From NCBI GenBank assembly GCA_963817955.1, contig CAWFQK010000004.1, positions 1,472,001 to 1,536,000 on the forward strand: a stretch of 64,000 bases of DNA, written 5' to 3'. The number at the start of each line of letters is the position of its first letter. The stretch's first letter is position 1. This DNA comes from an uncultured Gemmatimonadaceae bacterium. Lineage in GTDB: Bacteria; Gemmatimonadota; Gemmatimonadetes; Gemmatimonadales; Gemmatimonadaceae. The notes below the pieces were generated by a model, which was not told the DNA's origin, did no database searches, and saw only the letters and a list, made by a program, of their open reading frames with translations. The position numbers and the translations under genes are program-made. This document shows positions 8,061 through 18,897 of this stretch, in pieces.

Positions 8061-9773
8061 ATGGCCAAGACAAGAATTGTGGTCGATCCCATCACGCGCA
8101 TCGAAGGCCACCTGCGCATCGAAGCGCAGACCGAGGCTGGCAAGATCACCAGCGCCTGGGCATCGGCAACGCAGTTCCGCGGGATCGAGATGATTCTGCA
8201 GGGCCGCGATCCACGTGACGCTTGGGCGTTCGCGCAGCGCATTTGCGGCGTCTGCACCGTGGTCCACGCGGTCGCCTCATGTCGCGCCGTCGAGGACGCG
8301 CTGGATATTCGCATCCCGGCGAACGCCAACACGATTCGCAATCTCGTTCTCGGAATGCAGTTCGTGCAGGACCACGTCATTCACTTCTATCACCTGCACG
8401 CACTCGACTGGGTGGACGTCGTGAGCGCGCTCTCGGCCAACCCCACGAAGGCGGCACAGATTGCCGCGTCGCTATCACCCTGGCCGAACAACTCGGCTAC
8501 GCACTTCAAAGAAGTGCAGGACCGCGTAAAGAAATTCGTCGGCTCTGGTCAACTCGGCATCTTCACGAACGGCTATTGGGGCCATCCGGCGTATAAGCTC
8601 CCGCCCGAAGTCAACCTCATCGCGGTCACGCACTATCTGGAAGCACTCGACTGGCAGCGCGACATCATTCGGCTCCACGCCATCTTCGGCGGCAAGAACC
8701 CGCACCCCAATTTTCTCGTTGGCGGCATGGCCTCGGCCATCAATCTCGATGAAGACGCGACGATCAACAGCGCGCGTCTCGCAGACGTGCAGGGGATGAT
8801 CACGCGGGCGCAACGGTTCGTTGAGCAGGTGTATTGGCCGGACCTCGTCGCGATTGCGGGCTACTACAAGGACTGGGCAGCGATCGGCGGCGGCGTCGGG
8901 AATTATCTCGCCGTCGGCGAGTTCCCCGAAACCGACATTCGCGACCTCAACTCGCTGTACTTCCCGCGCGGTGTGATCATGAACAAGGATCTCACCAAGG
9001 TCCATCCGTACGATCACACTGGCGTCTCCGAGTTCATCCACAGCTCGTGGTACGACTATGGGAAGGGCGACGTGGGCCTGCACCCGTACGAGGGCGAGAC
9101 GAACCCGAAGTACACCGGGCCCGACGCGCCCTGGACGTATCTGCAGGATTCCACGAAGTACTCGTGGATGAAGGCCCCGCGCTACAACGGCCACCCGATG
9201 GAAGTCGGACCACTGGCCCGTGTGCTGGTCGCCTACGCCTCGGGACACAAGGAAGTCCAAGCGATGGCGAATGACACGTTGAAAGCGCTCAATGCGCCCC
9301 CGACTGCGCTCTTCTCCACGCTCGGCCGCACGGCCGCACGCGGTATTGAGACGGTGCTCATCGCGCGCCGGCTCAGCACCTGGTACGATACGCTCGTCAA
9401 CCGCATCAAGGCCGGCGACGTGGCGACGTTCGCGCCGGCGAAGTTCGATCCTTCGACCTGGCCGGCCAAGTCGCGCGGCTACGGCGCACTCGACGCGCCC
9501 CGTGGGGCCCTCGGCCACTGGGTCGAGATCGAAAATCACAAGATCACACGGTACCAGTGCGTGGTGCCGACGACGTGGAACGCCTCGCCCCGCGACGCGC
9601 AGGGGCAGGTTGGACCGTACGAAGCGGCGCTCACGGACAACCACCCGCTGGCAATCCCCGATCAGCCGATCGAGATTCTGCGCACGATTCACTCGTTCGA
9701 TCCCTGCATCGCCTGCGGCGTGCACGTGCTCGACGCCACGGGCAAGGAGATCGGGGAGGTCACGGTGCAATGA
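8061..9773 (+). CDS. hyaB: [NiFe]-hydrogenase large subunit (group 1)
   Basis: DPITRIEGH; L1 QRICGVCTVVH; L2 SFDPCIACGVH plus cleavable C-terminal tail. Alternative start at 8055. Confidence 0.97.
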   Translation: MAKTRIVVDPITRIEGHLRIEAQTEAGKITSAWASATQFRGIEMILQGRDPRDAWAFAQRICGVCTVVHAVASCRAVEDALDIRIPANANTIRNLVLGMQFVQDHVIHFYHLHALDWVDVVSALSANPTKAAQIAASLSPWPNNSATHFKEVQDRVKKFVGSGQLGIFTNGYWGHPAYKLPPEVNLIAVTHYLEALDWQRDIIRLHAIFGGKNPHPNFLVGGMASAINLDEDATINSARLADVQGMITRAQRFVEQVYWPDLVAIAGYYKDWAAIGGGVGNYLAVGEFPETDIRDLNSLYFPRGVIMNKDLTKVHPYDHTGVSEFIHSSWYDYGKGDVGLHPYEGETNPKYTGPDAPWTYLQDSTKYSWMKAPRYNGHPMEVGPLARVLVAYASGHKEVQAMANDTLKALNAPPTALFSTLGRTAARGIETVLIARRLSTWYDTLVNRIKAGDVATFAPAKFDPSTWPAKSRGYGALDAPRGALGHWVEIENHKITRYQCVVPTTWNASPRDAQGQVGPYEAALTDNHPLAIPDQPIEILRTIHSFDPCIACGVHVLDATGKEIGEVTVQ

Positions 9774-10549
9774 GCACCCTCACTCCGCAGGATCTCGATC
9801 GCGAGCCACATTGGAAATCGCCTGATGACCGGCGGATGTCCACGACGTTCGAGGAGGCCATTCCCCAGGGCCTGTCCGAACACCGCTGGGTCTACCTGTG
9901 GCACTGGCCGCTTCGCGCCATGCACTGGATTGCCGCTGCCTCGATCGTTGTCCTCATCCTGACCGGCTTCTACATCGGCCGGCCGTACTTCATGTCCACC
10001 ACCGCCCAGTCGTCATTCACACTGCAGTGGGTACGCCTGGTGCACTTCATCGCTGCCGGTGTGTTGATTGCCACCGCGATCGTACGCACGTATTGGTTGT
10101 TTGCCGGCAACCGGTTCGAGCGGCTGCCGGCGCTCTTTCCGGTGCGGCCGCGCGACTGGCGCAATCTCGTACGGATGGTGCAGTACTACCTGCTCATCCA
10201 TCCAAAGCGCGCGCCGCGCTACCTCGGACACAACCCGCTGCAGCAGACGTTCTACACCTTCACGTACTTTGTGGCGGCACTGATGGTCCTGACCGGATTC
10301 ATTCTCATTGGACAGGCGAATCCCGGCGGCGTACTGATGCATACGTTTGGTCGCCTCGCTCCGGTGCTCGGCGGCATGCAGATGGTCCGCGTCATCCATC
10401 ATGTGGCCACGTGGTACTTCCCGATTTTCATCATCTTCCATGTCTATCTGGCCATTCGTGCAGACCTGCTGGAGCGCAGCGGAACGATGTCGTCTATGGT
10501 GAGCGGCGGGCGCTTCGTGCCCGTCGAGGAGCAGTATGCAGATGGTTGA
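9770..10549 (+). CDS. hyaC: Ni/Fe-hydrogenase b-type cytochrome subunit
   Basis: RAMHW, RLVHF, LGHNPLQ, IHH...FHVY; ATGA overlap with the large subunit. Confidence 0.93.
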   Translation: MSTLTPQDLDREPHWKSPDDRRMSTTFEEAIPQGLSEHRWVYLWHWPLRAMHWIAAASIVVLILTGFYIGRPYFMSTTAQSSFTLQWVRLVHFIAAGVLIATAIVRTYWLFAGNRFERLPALFPVRPRDWRNLVRMVQYYLLIHPKRAPRYLGHNPLQQTFYTFTYFVAALMVLTGFILIGQANPGGVLMHTFGRLAPVLGGMQMVRVIHHVATWYFPIFIIFHVYLAIRADLLERSGTMSSMVSGGRFVPVEEQYADG

Positions 10550-11054
10550 AGAACTGGTATCGGGCCTCGACGTCGTCATGGGCGTCGGGAACCCGCTCAT
10601 GGGCGACGACGGGCTCGGGATTGCCGCCGTCGCCGCGTTGCGTACGCGGTGGATGGATTCGACAAAGTTGGTCATCGTGGATGGCGGTACGTGGGGAATG
10701 AATCTGCTCCCCCTCATCGAGGGGGCGCGCCGGCTCATGATCATCGACGCGATCGATCGCGGCCTCCCGCCCGGCGCGCGGATCGAGCTCGAACGTGAGG
10801 AGATCCCGCGGTATCTCGGTCTCAAGCTGTCACCGCATCAGCTCGACCTGCGCGAAGTTCTGGCGCTCGCCGAGTTGCGCGGCACGCTGCCTGAGGAGAC
10901 GATCGCCATCGGCGTGCAGCCGGATCGCGTGGAATTGTCGCTCGAGCTCTCGCCCGTCGTTGCGGCGAAACTGCCCGGGCTCCTGAGCGACATCGAGGAG
11001 CAGCTCGTACGCTGGGGACACCGGCCTGTGGACACGCGCGTGATTCATGCATGA
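10542..11054 (+). CDS. hyaD: Hydrogenase maturation endopeptidase
   Basis: GVGNPLMGDDGLG, DGGT, IIDAI, SPHQ motifs. Confidence 0.92.
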   Translation: MVEELVSGLDVVMGVGNPLMGDDGLGIAAVAALRTRWMDSTKLVIVDGGTWGMNLLPLIEGARRLMIIDAIDRGLPPGARIELEREEIPRYLGLKLSPHQLDLREVLALAELRGTLPEETIAIGVQPDRVELSLELSPVVAAKLPGLLSDIEEQLVRWGHRPVDTRVIHA

Positions 11055-11307
11055 GATGGGTGTCGCGATGGAGATCTGCCGCATTGCCGAAGCACGCGTC
11101 GGCACCGAATCCGCGGCGTTCGTCACGCGGTTGGCGGTAACGATAGGCGACGAGGCGGGCGTCGAGCCGTCAAGCCTCGAGTTCTGTCTCGACGCGCTTC
11201 TGGCACAGCCGCCGTTCGGCGGCGCCACGGCGCAGATCATCTCAACGACGGGTGACACTCTTCGTTTGGACTACTTGGAGATCGACGATGACCGTGAGAG
11301 TGATTGA
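11047..11307 (+). CDS. hypA: HypA/HybF nickel metallochaperone, lacking the Zn-finger insert
   Basis: N-terminal MHE; IGDEAGVEPSSLEFC; C-terminal GDTLRLDYLEID; no CxxC motifs; 86 aa. Confidence 0.85.
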   Translation: MHEMGVAMEICRIAEARVGTESAAFVTRLAVTIGDEAGVEPSSLEFCLDALLAQPPFGGATAQIISTTGDTLRLDYLEIDDDRESD

Positions 11308-11977
11308 CATTCGCGAGCGCGTCATGGAGCAGAACGACCGGATCGCCGCGCTCGTCCGGCAACGTCTCGACGATTCGGGCGTTCCGGCGCTCAACCTCAT
11401 GTCGTCACCCGGTGCCGGCAAGACGTCGTTGCTCGAACGCACGCTCGCCGATCAGGGATCGCTGCTTCGCATCGCGACCGTCGTGGGAGACGTGCAGACT
11501 CAGAATGACGCCGACCGTCTCGCACGGCACACCGATCGCCTGGTGCAAGCTGTGGTCACGGGCGGGGCCTGCCATCTCGACGCGCGTCAGGTGATGGCGG
11601 CGCTCGATGCCATCGACCTGTACGACGTCGACCTGCTGTTCATCGAGAACGTCGGCAATCTCGTCTGCCCGGCGAGCTGGCAGCTGGGCGAAAGCGCGAA
11701 CGTCGTACTCTTTGCCGTCACCGAGGGCGAAGACAAGCCGCTCAAGTATCCGAAGATGTTTCAGAAGTCGCACTACGCGCTCATCACAAAGACCGACTTG
11801 CTGCCGTACCTCGACTTCGACGTCGATCGTGCGATCGGGTACCTACGTGACGTCAACCCAAATATCGATGTCATCCTGACCTCATCGCGCACAGGCGAGG
11901 GGCTCCACGATTGGTACACGCTGCTCCACCGGCATGTTCACGGCGCACGCCATGTGGAACCCGAAGTAGTCGCGTGA
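11288..11977 (+). CDS. hypB: Hydrogenase nickel incorporation GTPase HypB
   Basis: SSPGAGKT, GACHLDA, ENVGNLVCPA, EGEDKPLKYP, TKTD. Confidence 0.96.
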   Translation: MTVRVIDIRERVMEQNDRIAALVRQRLDDSGVPALNLMSSPGAGKTSLLERTLADQGSLLRIATVVGDVQTQNDADRLARHTDRLVQAVVTGGACHLDARQVMAALDAIDLYDVDLLFIENVGNLVCPASWQLGESANVVLFAVTEGEDKPLKYPKMFQKSHYALITKTDLLPYLDFDVDRAIGYLRDVNPNIDVILTSSRTGEGLHDWYTLLHRHVHGARHVEPEVVA

Positions 11978-14322
11978 TCGCATCTGCGAACCATTCTCGC
12001 TATCGCGTGCATGTCACGGGCGTCGTGCAGGGTGTCGGCTTCAGGCCCTTCGTCCACCGTCTGGCGAATCGGCACGGGTTGGCGGGATGGGTCCGTAACG
12101 AATCAGGCAACGTTGAGATCGTCGTCGCTGGTGCGCCGACCGATGTAAGTGCCTTTCTGGCCGACTTGGCCGGGGAAGCGCCGCCGCTTGCCCGAATCGA
12201 TCGTATCGACACGGAACCGGCTCCGTCGGCCACTGGGCCCGTCACCGGAGACGGTGAAGCCGACGACGTTGCGTTCAGAATTCTGGCAAGCGTATCGGTT
12301 GAAGGACGACGGCAGCCCGTGCCCGCCGATGTTGCTCTCTGTGCGGCGTGCGAGCGCGAACTCTTCGACCCCAGGGACCGCCGCGTCCGGTATCCGTTCA
12401 TCACCTGCACCGATTGTGGCCCGCGCTTCACGCTCATCGAGGCGTTGCCTTACGACCGCGAGCGCACCGCGATGCGCCGCTTCACACAGTGCCCCGCGTG
12501 CCAGGCCGAGTATCTCGCGCCGCACGACCGCCGGTATCACAGCGAAACGAACAGCTGTCCCGTCTGTGGTCCGCTGCTCTGGGCGCGTCTTCCCGGCGCG
12601 CCGACCACGCGACCGGCGGCGGATGACCCATGTATCCGCTCGTCGCTCAGCCTCGCTGCCGCGACGCTGCGCGGCGGCGGCATTGTCGCCATTCGCGGTG
12701 TCGGCGGTTTTCATCTCGCGGTGGACGCCACGAACGACGGCGCCGTACGACGCTTGCGCGAGCGCAAACATCGGGAAGCGAAACCGCTCGCCGTCATGGT
12801 TCGCACCATCGAGGAGGCCGCTGCGATCGCTCGGATCGGTGCAGGCGAGGCCGACCTCCTGACGAGCCCGGAACGTCCGGTGGTGCTCCTGCCGTGCCGC
12901 CGTGATGCGATGATCGCCCCCTCGGTTGCGCCCGGACTCGCGACGATCGGCGTCATGCTCGCCTATACCCCGCTGCACCATCTACTGATTGCCGGCATAG
13001 AGCGGCCGCTGGTGATGACGAGCGGTAATCGCAGCGAAGAACCAATTGCCGCGTCGATCACCGACGCGGCAGCTCGACTCGACGATATTGCCGACCTGTT
13101 TCTGCTGCACGATCGCGAGATCGAATCGCCGATGGACGACAGTGTCGTACGCGTGCAGGGCGACCGCACGATGATGATCCGCCGCGCCCGCGGTTATGCG
13201 CCGCTTCCAATCAAGTTGCCAGCCTCGACACCGCTGCCCATCCTCGCCGTTGGCGGCCATCTCAAGAACACATTCACGCTGGCGGTTGGCGACGAAGCAT
13301 TCGTCAGCCCGCATCTTGGCGATCTCGACGGGCTCGAGACGCTCGATCATTTTCGGACCACACTCGATCGGTACTCCCGCCTCTTTCGCGTCATTCCGAA
13401 AGTGGTCGTGCGCGATCTTCATTCCGGATACTTGAGCTCCCGGATTGCCGATGACTTGGACGCCGAGCATCGTATCCTGGTGCAGCATCATCATGCGCAC
13501 ATCGCAGCCGTCCTCGGCGAACACAAACACGACGGCCGGGTCATTGGCGTGGCATTCGATGGCACGGGCGCCGGGGACGATGGTACAGTGTGGGGCGCCG
13601 AGTTCTTGTCGGCGACGCAAGCACACTTCTCGCGCGTCGCGCACCTGCGATGTGCGCCGCTTCCCGGCGGCGACCTCGCGGTTCGTTCACCCTGGCGATC
13701 GGCACTTGGCTACCTCTCCCTTGAACCGAGCCTGGCAGCGTCATTCGCCTGCGCCTTCCATGGAGTCGACGAACGTGAACGTCGGGCAGCCGAGCACCAA
13801 CTCCGTCGACATCTCAATTGTCCGCTGGCGTCGTCCATGGGACGGTTGTTCGACGCGGCTGCGGCTATTCTCGGAGTATGCAGGTACGCGCGTTTCGAGG
13901 GTGACGCCGCCATGCAACTCGAAGCGCTCGCCGGATCATCGAATGAACGTCTACTGCCCTTCCCCATCACCCGGGATGCCGCTGGGGACTTGCAGCTCGA
14001 TCCCTTGCCCTTGCTCGACGCGCTCGCCTGCGGGCTTCGCCGCGGAGTCTCCCTGGCGTCGCTCGCCGCTGCATTTCACGAATCGGTGGCCGCCGCCACG
14101 GCAGCCCTCACCGCGGACCTTTGCGACCTGACCGGCGTCGCCGTCGTTGCTCTTGGTGGCGGCGTGTTCCAGAACGCGCGGCTGGGTGCGTCGCTACGCT
14201 CCCGCCTCGCAGACAAGGGCCTCACGGTCCTGATGCCCACGTTGCTGCCCGCCAACGATGGCGGGCTCAGTTACGGACAAGCAGTCACCGCGACGGCAAT
14301 CCTCCGCGAACGCGGCGAGTAG
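11974..14322 (+). CDS. hypF: Carbamoyltransferase HypF
   Basis: GVVQGVGFRPF acylphosphatase domain, two Zn fingers, QHHHAH, PANDGGLSYGQ. Confidence 0.96.
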   Translation: MIASANHSRYRVHVTGVVQGVGFRPFVHRLANRHGLAGWVRNESGNVEIVVAGAPTDVSAFLADLAGEAPPLARIDRIDTEPAPSATGPVTGDGEADDVAFRILASVSVEGRRQPVPADVALCAACERELFDPRDRRVRYPFITCTDCGPRFTLIEALPYDRERTAMRRFTQCPACQAEYLAPHDRRYHSETNSCPVCGPLLWARLPGAPTTRPAADDPCIRSSLSLAAATLRGGGIVAIRGVGGFHLAVDATNDGAVRRLRERKHREAKPLAVMVRTIEEAAAIARIGAGEADLLTSPERPVVLLPCRRDAMIAPSVAPGLATIGVMLAYTPLHHLLIAGIERPLVMTSGNRSEEPIAASITDAAARLDDIADLFLLHDREIESPMDDSVVRVQGDRTMMIRRARGYAPLPIKLPASTPLPILAVGGHLKNTFTLAVGDEAFVSPHLGDLDGLETLDHFRTTLDRYSRLFRVIPKVVVRDLHSGYLSSRIADDLDAEHRILVQHHHAHIAAVLGEHKHDGRVIGVAFDGTGAGDDGTVWGAEFLSATQAHFSRVAHLRCAPLPGGDLAVRSPWRSALGYLSLEPSLAASFACAFHGVDERERRAAEHQLRRHLNCPLASSMGRLFDAAAAILGVCRYARFEGDAAMQLEALAGSSNERLLPFPITRDAAGDLQLDPLPLLDALACGLRRGVSLASLAAAFHESVAAATAALTADLCDLTGVAVVALGGGVFQNARLGASLRSRLADKGLTVLMPTLLPANDGGLSYGQAVTATAILRERGE

Positions 14323-14349
14323 TCGCATCTACCGACCAGGAGGCGTCAC

Positions 14350-14643
14350 ATGTGTTTGGGCATTCCGGGTAGAATCGTCGAGATCCGGACGGATCGGGAC
14401 CTCCTCATGGGTACAGTCGATTTTGGCGGTGTCCGACGCGATGCGTGCCTTGCGTATGTCGCGGACGACATCCACGTCGGCGACTACGCCATCGTCCACG
14501 TGGGTTTCGCGATCGCGAAAGTCGACGAAGCCGAAGCGCAGCGCACCTTCGCCGTGCTGCGCGAGATGAGCCAGCTCGACGAGATGGAATGGGTGACCGA
14601 GGCAATCCCCGCCGACGCGCCCACGTCGGGGCCACCTTCATGA
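14350..14643 (+). CDS. hypC: Hydrogenase assembly chaperone HypC
   Basis: MCLGIPG...[13 protein letters not shown]. Confidence 0.96.
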   Translation: MCLGIPGRIVEIRTDRDLLMGTVDFGGVRRDACLAYVADDIHVGDYAIVHVGFAIAKVDEAEAQRTFAVLREMSQLDEMEWVTEAIPADAPTSGPPS

Positions 14644-15770
14644 AATACCTCACTGAGTATCGCGACGGAACCATCGGTCGCGCCATCGCGGAGCGCATTC
14701 GGCAAACGGCAACGCGGCGGTGGACCTTGATGGAGCTATGCGGGGGACAGACGCACACGATCGTGCGCCAGGGCATCGATGAGCTGCTCGACGGCGTCGT
14801 CGAAATGATTCATGGTCCGGGGTGTCCAGTGTGCGTGACGCCGCTGGAACAGATCGATCGGGCCGTCCACCTTGCGGCACAATCGGGCGTGATCTTCACG
14901 TCGTTCGGCGACATGCTGCGCGTGCCCGGAAGCGACCGCGACCTGCTCCAGGTGCGCGCCCGCGGCGGAACCGTGCGCATCGTGTACTCGCCGCTCGACG
15001 CCGTGACGCTGGCAATCAAGAACCCGGACAAGCAGGTGGTGTTCTTCGCCGTCGGGTTCGAGACGACGGCTCCCGCGAACGCCATGGCCGTCTGGCGCGC
15101 CGCGCAGCTTGGCGTGCGCAACTTTAGCATGCTCGTATCGCACGTCACGGTACCGCCGGCGATGTTGGCGATTATCGACGCCCCCGACAATCGCGTGCAG
15201 GGATTCCTTGCGGCGGGGCACGTGTGCACGGTCATGGGATGGGAAGAGTACGAGCCGATCGCGGCCAAGTACCACGTCCCGATCGTCGTCACGGGGTTCG
15301 AACCGATCGACTTGCTCGAGGGAATTTGGCTCGCGGTACGGCAGCTCGAAGGGAACCAGGCGTTCGTCGAGAATCAATACGTGCGCTCGGTGAAGCGTGA
15401 GGGCAACGCGGCAGCTCGCGATCTCGTGTCTACGGTCTTTCGGCTCGCCGACCGGAAGTGGCGCGGCATTGGAGAAATACCCGCAAGTGGACTGGCACTG
15501 CGCGACGAATACGCCGATTTCGACGCCGAGCGTCGCTTCGCACTTGATGACATCGTGACGAATGAACCGATGGAGTGCCGCGCCGGCGACGTGCTCCGCG
15601 GTCGAATCAAACCCTACGAATGTTCGATGTTCGGCACGGCGTGCACGCCCGAGCGCCCGATGGGCGCGCCGATGGTGTCGACCGAAGGCGCATGCGCGGC
15701 ATACTTCAACTACGGGCGCAGTCGCCCAGTCACGGCTGCGGGCGCGACGGCAGCAAAGGAGGGAGCATGA
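14640..15770 (+). CDS. hypD: Hydrogenase formation protein HypD
   Basis: [37 protein letters not shown]. Confidence 0.96.
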   Translation: MKYLTEYRDGTIGRAIAERIRQTATRRWTLMELCGGQTHTIVRQGIDELLDGVVEMIHGPGCPVCVTPLEQIDRAVHLAAQSGVIFTSFGDMLRVPGSDRDLLQVRARGGTVRIVYSPLDAVTLAIKNPDKQVVFFAVGFETTAPANAMAVWRAAQLGVRNFSMLVSHVTVPPAMLAIIDAPDNRVQGFLAAGHVCTVMGWEEYEPIAAKYHVPIVVTGFEPIDLLEGIWLAVRQLEGNQAFVENQYVRSVKREGNAAARDLVSTVFRLADRKWRGIGEIPASGLALRDEYADFDAERRFALDDIVTNEPMECRAGDVLRGRIKPYECSMFGTACTPERPMGAPMVSTEGACAAYFNYGRSRPVTAAGATAAKEGA

Positions 15771-16828
15771 GCACCGCGACAACGTCGAACGGATTCACCT
15801 GTCCCGTGGGCGCGACGGCGCACGACTGTGTCGTACTCGGCCACGGGTCGGGGGGCAAGTTGAGTGCGGCCCTGCTCCAACACTACTTCCTTCCGCACTT
15901 CAAGAGTCCCGTGCTACGGCGCTTGGGCGATGGCGCTGTGGTGAACGCGGGGTCGGTCAATGTCGTGCTCTCCACTGACACGTTCGTCGTGAGTCCGCTC
16001 GAGTTTCCGGGAGGCAATATCGGATCGCTCGCAGTGAACGGCACCGTGAACGACCTGGCCATGATGGGTGCGCGACCGTACTACCTCACGGCTGGTTTCA
16101 TCATTGAGGAAGGATTGCCGCTCGAACAACTCGATCGCATCGTCCGGTCCATGGCGGACGCGGCGCGTATCGCGGGCGTCCAGATCGTGGCCGGCGATAC
16201 GAAAGTCGTGGAACGCGGCAAAGGCGATGGCTTGTTCATCAACACCACCGGTCTCGGCATGGCCGATTCGGAGTTTGCTCCGTCACCTGACGCAGTGAAG
16301 GCAGGCGACGTCGTACTCGTCTCCGGTCCAATCGGCGTGCACGGCATGACGATCCTGTCGACGCGTGAGGGACTGGAGTTCGAGGCCGATCTCGCGAGCG
16401 ACACGGTCTGCCTCTATCCGCTTGTGCAAGCGCTCAGCCGGGCGACCGGCGGCGCGGTGTCGGCTATGCGCGATCCAACCCGCGGGGGCGTGGCGAGCGC
16501 CATCAACGAGATCGCAGCCACCTCGCGCATTGGCGTGCTGCTCGACGAAGCGTCCATGCCCATTCCACCGGCCGTCGCCGGCGCCTGCGAAATGCTCGGC
16601 TTGGATCCTCTGTATGTGGCCAATGAGGGCAATTTCGTAGCGTTCGTGCCGCCGCAGCACGCCGATGCCGCACTCACCGCGTTGCGGAATCATCCCCTTG
16701 GGCGCCACGCGGCGCGGATCGGCACCGCGGTGAATGAGCACCCGGGTATCGTCGCCATGCGCACTGGGCTCGGAGGCACACGCATCGTCGATCTGCTGCC
16801 TGGAGACCAGCTTCCGCGAATCTGCTGA
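15767..16828 (+). CDS. hypE: Hydrogenase maturation protein HypE
   Basis: GHGSGG, RDPTRGG, C-terminal LPRIC. Confidence 0.96.
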   Translation: MSTATTSNGFTCPVGATAHDCVVLGHGSGGKLSAALLQHYFLPHFKSPVLRRLGDGAVVNAGSVNVVLSTDTFVVSPLEFPGGNIGSLAVNGTVNDLAMMGARPYYLTAGFIIEEGLPLEQLDRIVRSMADAARIAGVQIVAGDTKVVERGKGDGLFINTTGLGMADSEFAPSPDAVKAGDVVLVSGPIGVHGMTILSTREGLEFEADLASDTVCLYPLVQALSRATGGAVSAMRDPTRGGVASAINEIAATSRIGVLLDEASMPIPPAVAGACEMLGLDPLYVANEGNFVAFVPPQHADAALTALRNHPLGRHAARIGTAVNEHPGIVAMRTGLGGTRIVDLLPGDQLPRIC

Positions 16829-16962
16829 ACCCGCGATCTCATTCGGCAAGGGTTTGCCGCACACTACGCGCCTTGCGGCCTGACTGTCGTCGATCTCCCG
16901 GACGGTAACTTGGGATTCCGGACCGGTAATGATCGGTCCGGTGGTTCTGACCGGAGTGTGTG

Positions 16963-17874
16963 ATGTTCACGAACTTTCTCGTCCCGCTCGACGGATCACC
17001 GCTCGCCGAGCAGGCGTTGCCGACGGCGGTATCGTTGGTGAAACAACGCCATGGCCGCCTCGAGTTGGCAGTCGTACACGAACCGGTTCCGTTCGATGGG
17101 CTGGAGGACGCGCCGTGGAACTCCATGAGCGAGTCCATGCAGGACCGCTATGTCACGGACCGTGCGGAGCAGCTTCGGACCGCATGTGAGGGCGTGGTGG
17201 GCTGCGCGCTCCTGCACGGCAACGCCGCTGATGAGATCTGCCGGCGAGCGTGCGATGTCGGCGCGGACATGATCGTCATGAGTTCCCATGCCCGCACTGG
17301 CTTGACACGCGCGCTCGCCGGCAGCGTCGCCGATGCAGTGATCCGTCAGGCGGGTCTCCCCGTCCTCCTGCTCCGCCAGCCTCAGGACGATCGCCCGGCA
17401 CACGCACCGCCGCTGGAATTCAAGAAGATTCTCGTGCCGGTGGACGATTCCGCGGAGTCCCGCGGCATCTTCGAAGCGGCCGCCGCCGTCGCCCGCCCGG
17501 GTATGACTGAACTCGTGATCCTGCGCGTCGTGCCGCCGGTGCACATCATGATGGACGCCACGTTCCCGTATGGGTACGTGTCCGGTCCGCCGGACGAAGA
17601 TGCGACGACACAACGCGTCGCCGACGCGGACCAGGAGATCGCCGGCGCCGCGATGGATCTCACGCAGCGGTCCGCATGCGCCGTGGATCGTCACGTCGTG
17701 GTGGCGGAACGCGCCGGCGCCGCCATTCTCGATTTCGCGCGGAAACATGACGTCGATCTGATCGCCATGACCACGCATGGCCGCGGCGCGTCGCGCATGT
17801 TCATCGGTAGCGTGGCCGACGCAGTGCTTCGCGGCGGTGACGTGCCAATGTTGCTGCTCAGACCGAAGGGCTAA
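16963..17874 (+). CDS. Tandem universal stress protein
   Basis: LVPLDGS...IVMSSHAR..GSVADAV; second domain ILVPVDDS...MTTHGRG..GSVADAV. Confidence 0.92.
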   Translation: MFTNFLVPLDGSPLAEQALPTAVSLVKQRHGRLELAVVHEPVPFDGLEDAPWNSMSESMQDRYVTDRAEQLRTACEGVVGCALLHGNAADEICRRACDVGADMIVMSSHARTGLTRALAGSVADAVIRQAGLPVLLLRQPQDDRPAHAPPLEFKKILVPVDDSAESRGIFEAAAAVARPGMTELVILRVVPPVHIMMDATFPYGYVSGPPDEDATTQRVADADQEIAGAAMDLTQRSACAVDRHVVVAERAGAAILDFARKHDVDLIAMTTHGRGASRMFIGSVADAVLRGGDVPMLLLRPKG

Positions 17875-17876
17875 GC

Positions 17877-17950
17877 GGGACACGGGTGGAACTCGAAACT
17901 CGTCGACCGGTGGGCCGACTGCTACGGAGCAGCCAGCGACATCCAGCCAG
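17877..17950 (+). repeat. Intergenic repeat family A, copy 1
   Basis: GAACTCGAAACTCGTCGACCGGTGGGCCGACTGCTACGGAGCAGCCAGCGACATCCAGCC, near-identical to 46606-46666 (reverse) and 60126-60186. Confidence 0.85.
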
Positions 17951-18035
17951 AATAGAGCCCGGAGCCCAATCCCCGCCTCACGATCGGTACGAGAAAGCAT
18001 GCATGCTCGACAACGCGAAGCCGTGTCCCTTATCC

Positions 18036-18692
18036 CTACGCGATCACGGCGAGGTCGTCCTCGACCATACTCACGCCAGGCGCGCCCCACGCAGCGGCTT
18101 CGGCATCCTTCCGCTCGGTGAACGAGTGCACCGTGCCGCGAAGTGTGACCTTTCCTTCATGCGTTTCGACTCTGATGTTCTTGGCGTCGAGCTCTGCATG
18201 ACGCTTGAGTGCGGTCTCGACACGCGCCTTGATGTCCGACGTCGTAACACGCGGTGTCAGCTTGACGACGTTTGTCACGCCCTTGACGCCGGTCAAGTAC
18301 CGGACGGCGCGCTCGGCGGCAATGCGCTGGTACTGCCACTCGACCTCGCCCTCGAGCCAGATCCATCCGCCCTGGACGCGAGCCTTCACCGCGGGCACCG
18401 GCACTTCCACGTCCCAATCGAGCGCGTTGGCCGCCGCGTGAGCGATCTCGGTATCCGTCCTCGTGGTCGATGACGGAATTTTCACATGGATATCCTCGGC
18501 GATGGCGCGAATGCCGGCGACACGTTCAGTCGCCTTCAAGGCGGCGAATCGCTTGGCGAAGCTCTCGACCTCGCCAGACAATGTGACCACCGCGTCATTG
18601 ACCGCCACACCAATCTCGGCCTGGCCAACAGCAGGATCCCACTTCAGCTCATCCATGATGTCGCGCTGGAGCATGGAGTCGGTCTTGAACAT
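18036..18692 (-). CDS. BON-domain (OsmY-like, 3x BON) protein
   Basis: Three repeats of the type VTLSGEV / IWLEGEV / VTLRGTV ... GV..V.N/D.L. Confidence 0.9.
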   Translation of the reverse strand: MFKTDSMLQRDIMDELKWDPAVGQAEIGVAVNDAVVTLSGEVESFAKRFAALKATERVAGIRAIAEDIHVKIPSSTTRTDTEIAHAAANALDWDVEVPVPAVKARVQGGWIWLEGEVEWQYQRIAAERAVRYLTGVKGVTNVVKLTPRVTTSDIKARVETALKRHAELDAKNIRVETHEGKVTLRGTVHSFTERKDAEAAAWGAPGVSMVEDDLAVIA

Positions 18693-18897
18693 ACGTCCCC
18701 CTGATGCAGTATGGGTCGATCATCCCCGAGCATTACCAATGTCGATGCGCCCCTCGCACCTGGTCATCAGGCAAGCCTTGGCGGACGGTAGGATTCTCTC
18801 CGGCGTGATTCACCCCACTCGCCGACAGACGCGTTCCACACGGGTTCTAGCTTGAGAACGAACGGCGCATGACGCGCCGCAACCCGGGAGTAGCGCC

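Noticed and set aside
9690..9730. Selenocysteine ([NiFeSe]) hydrogenase
   Set aside because: The L2 motif uses TGC codons (DPCIAC); there is no in-frame TGA.
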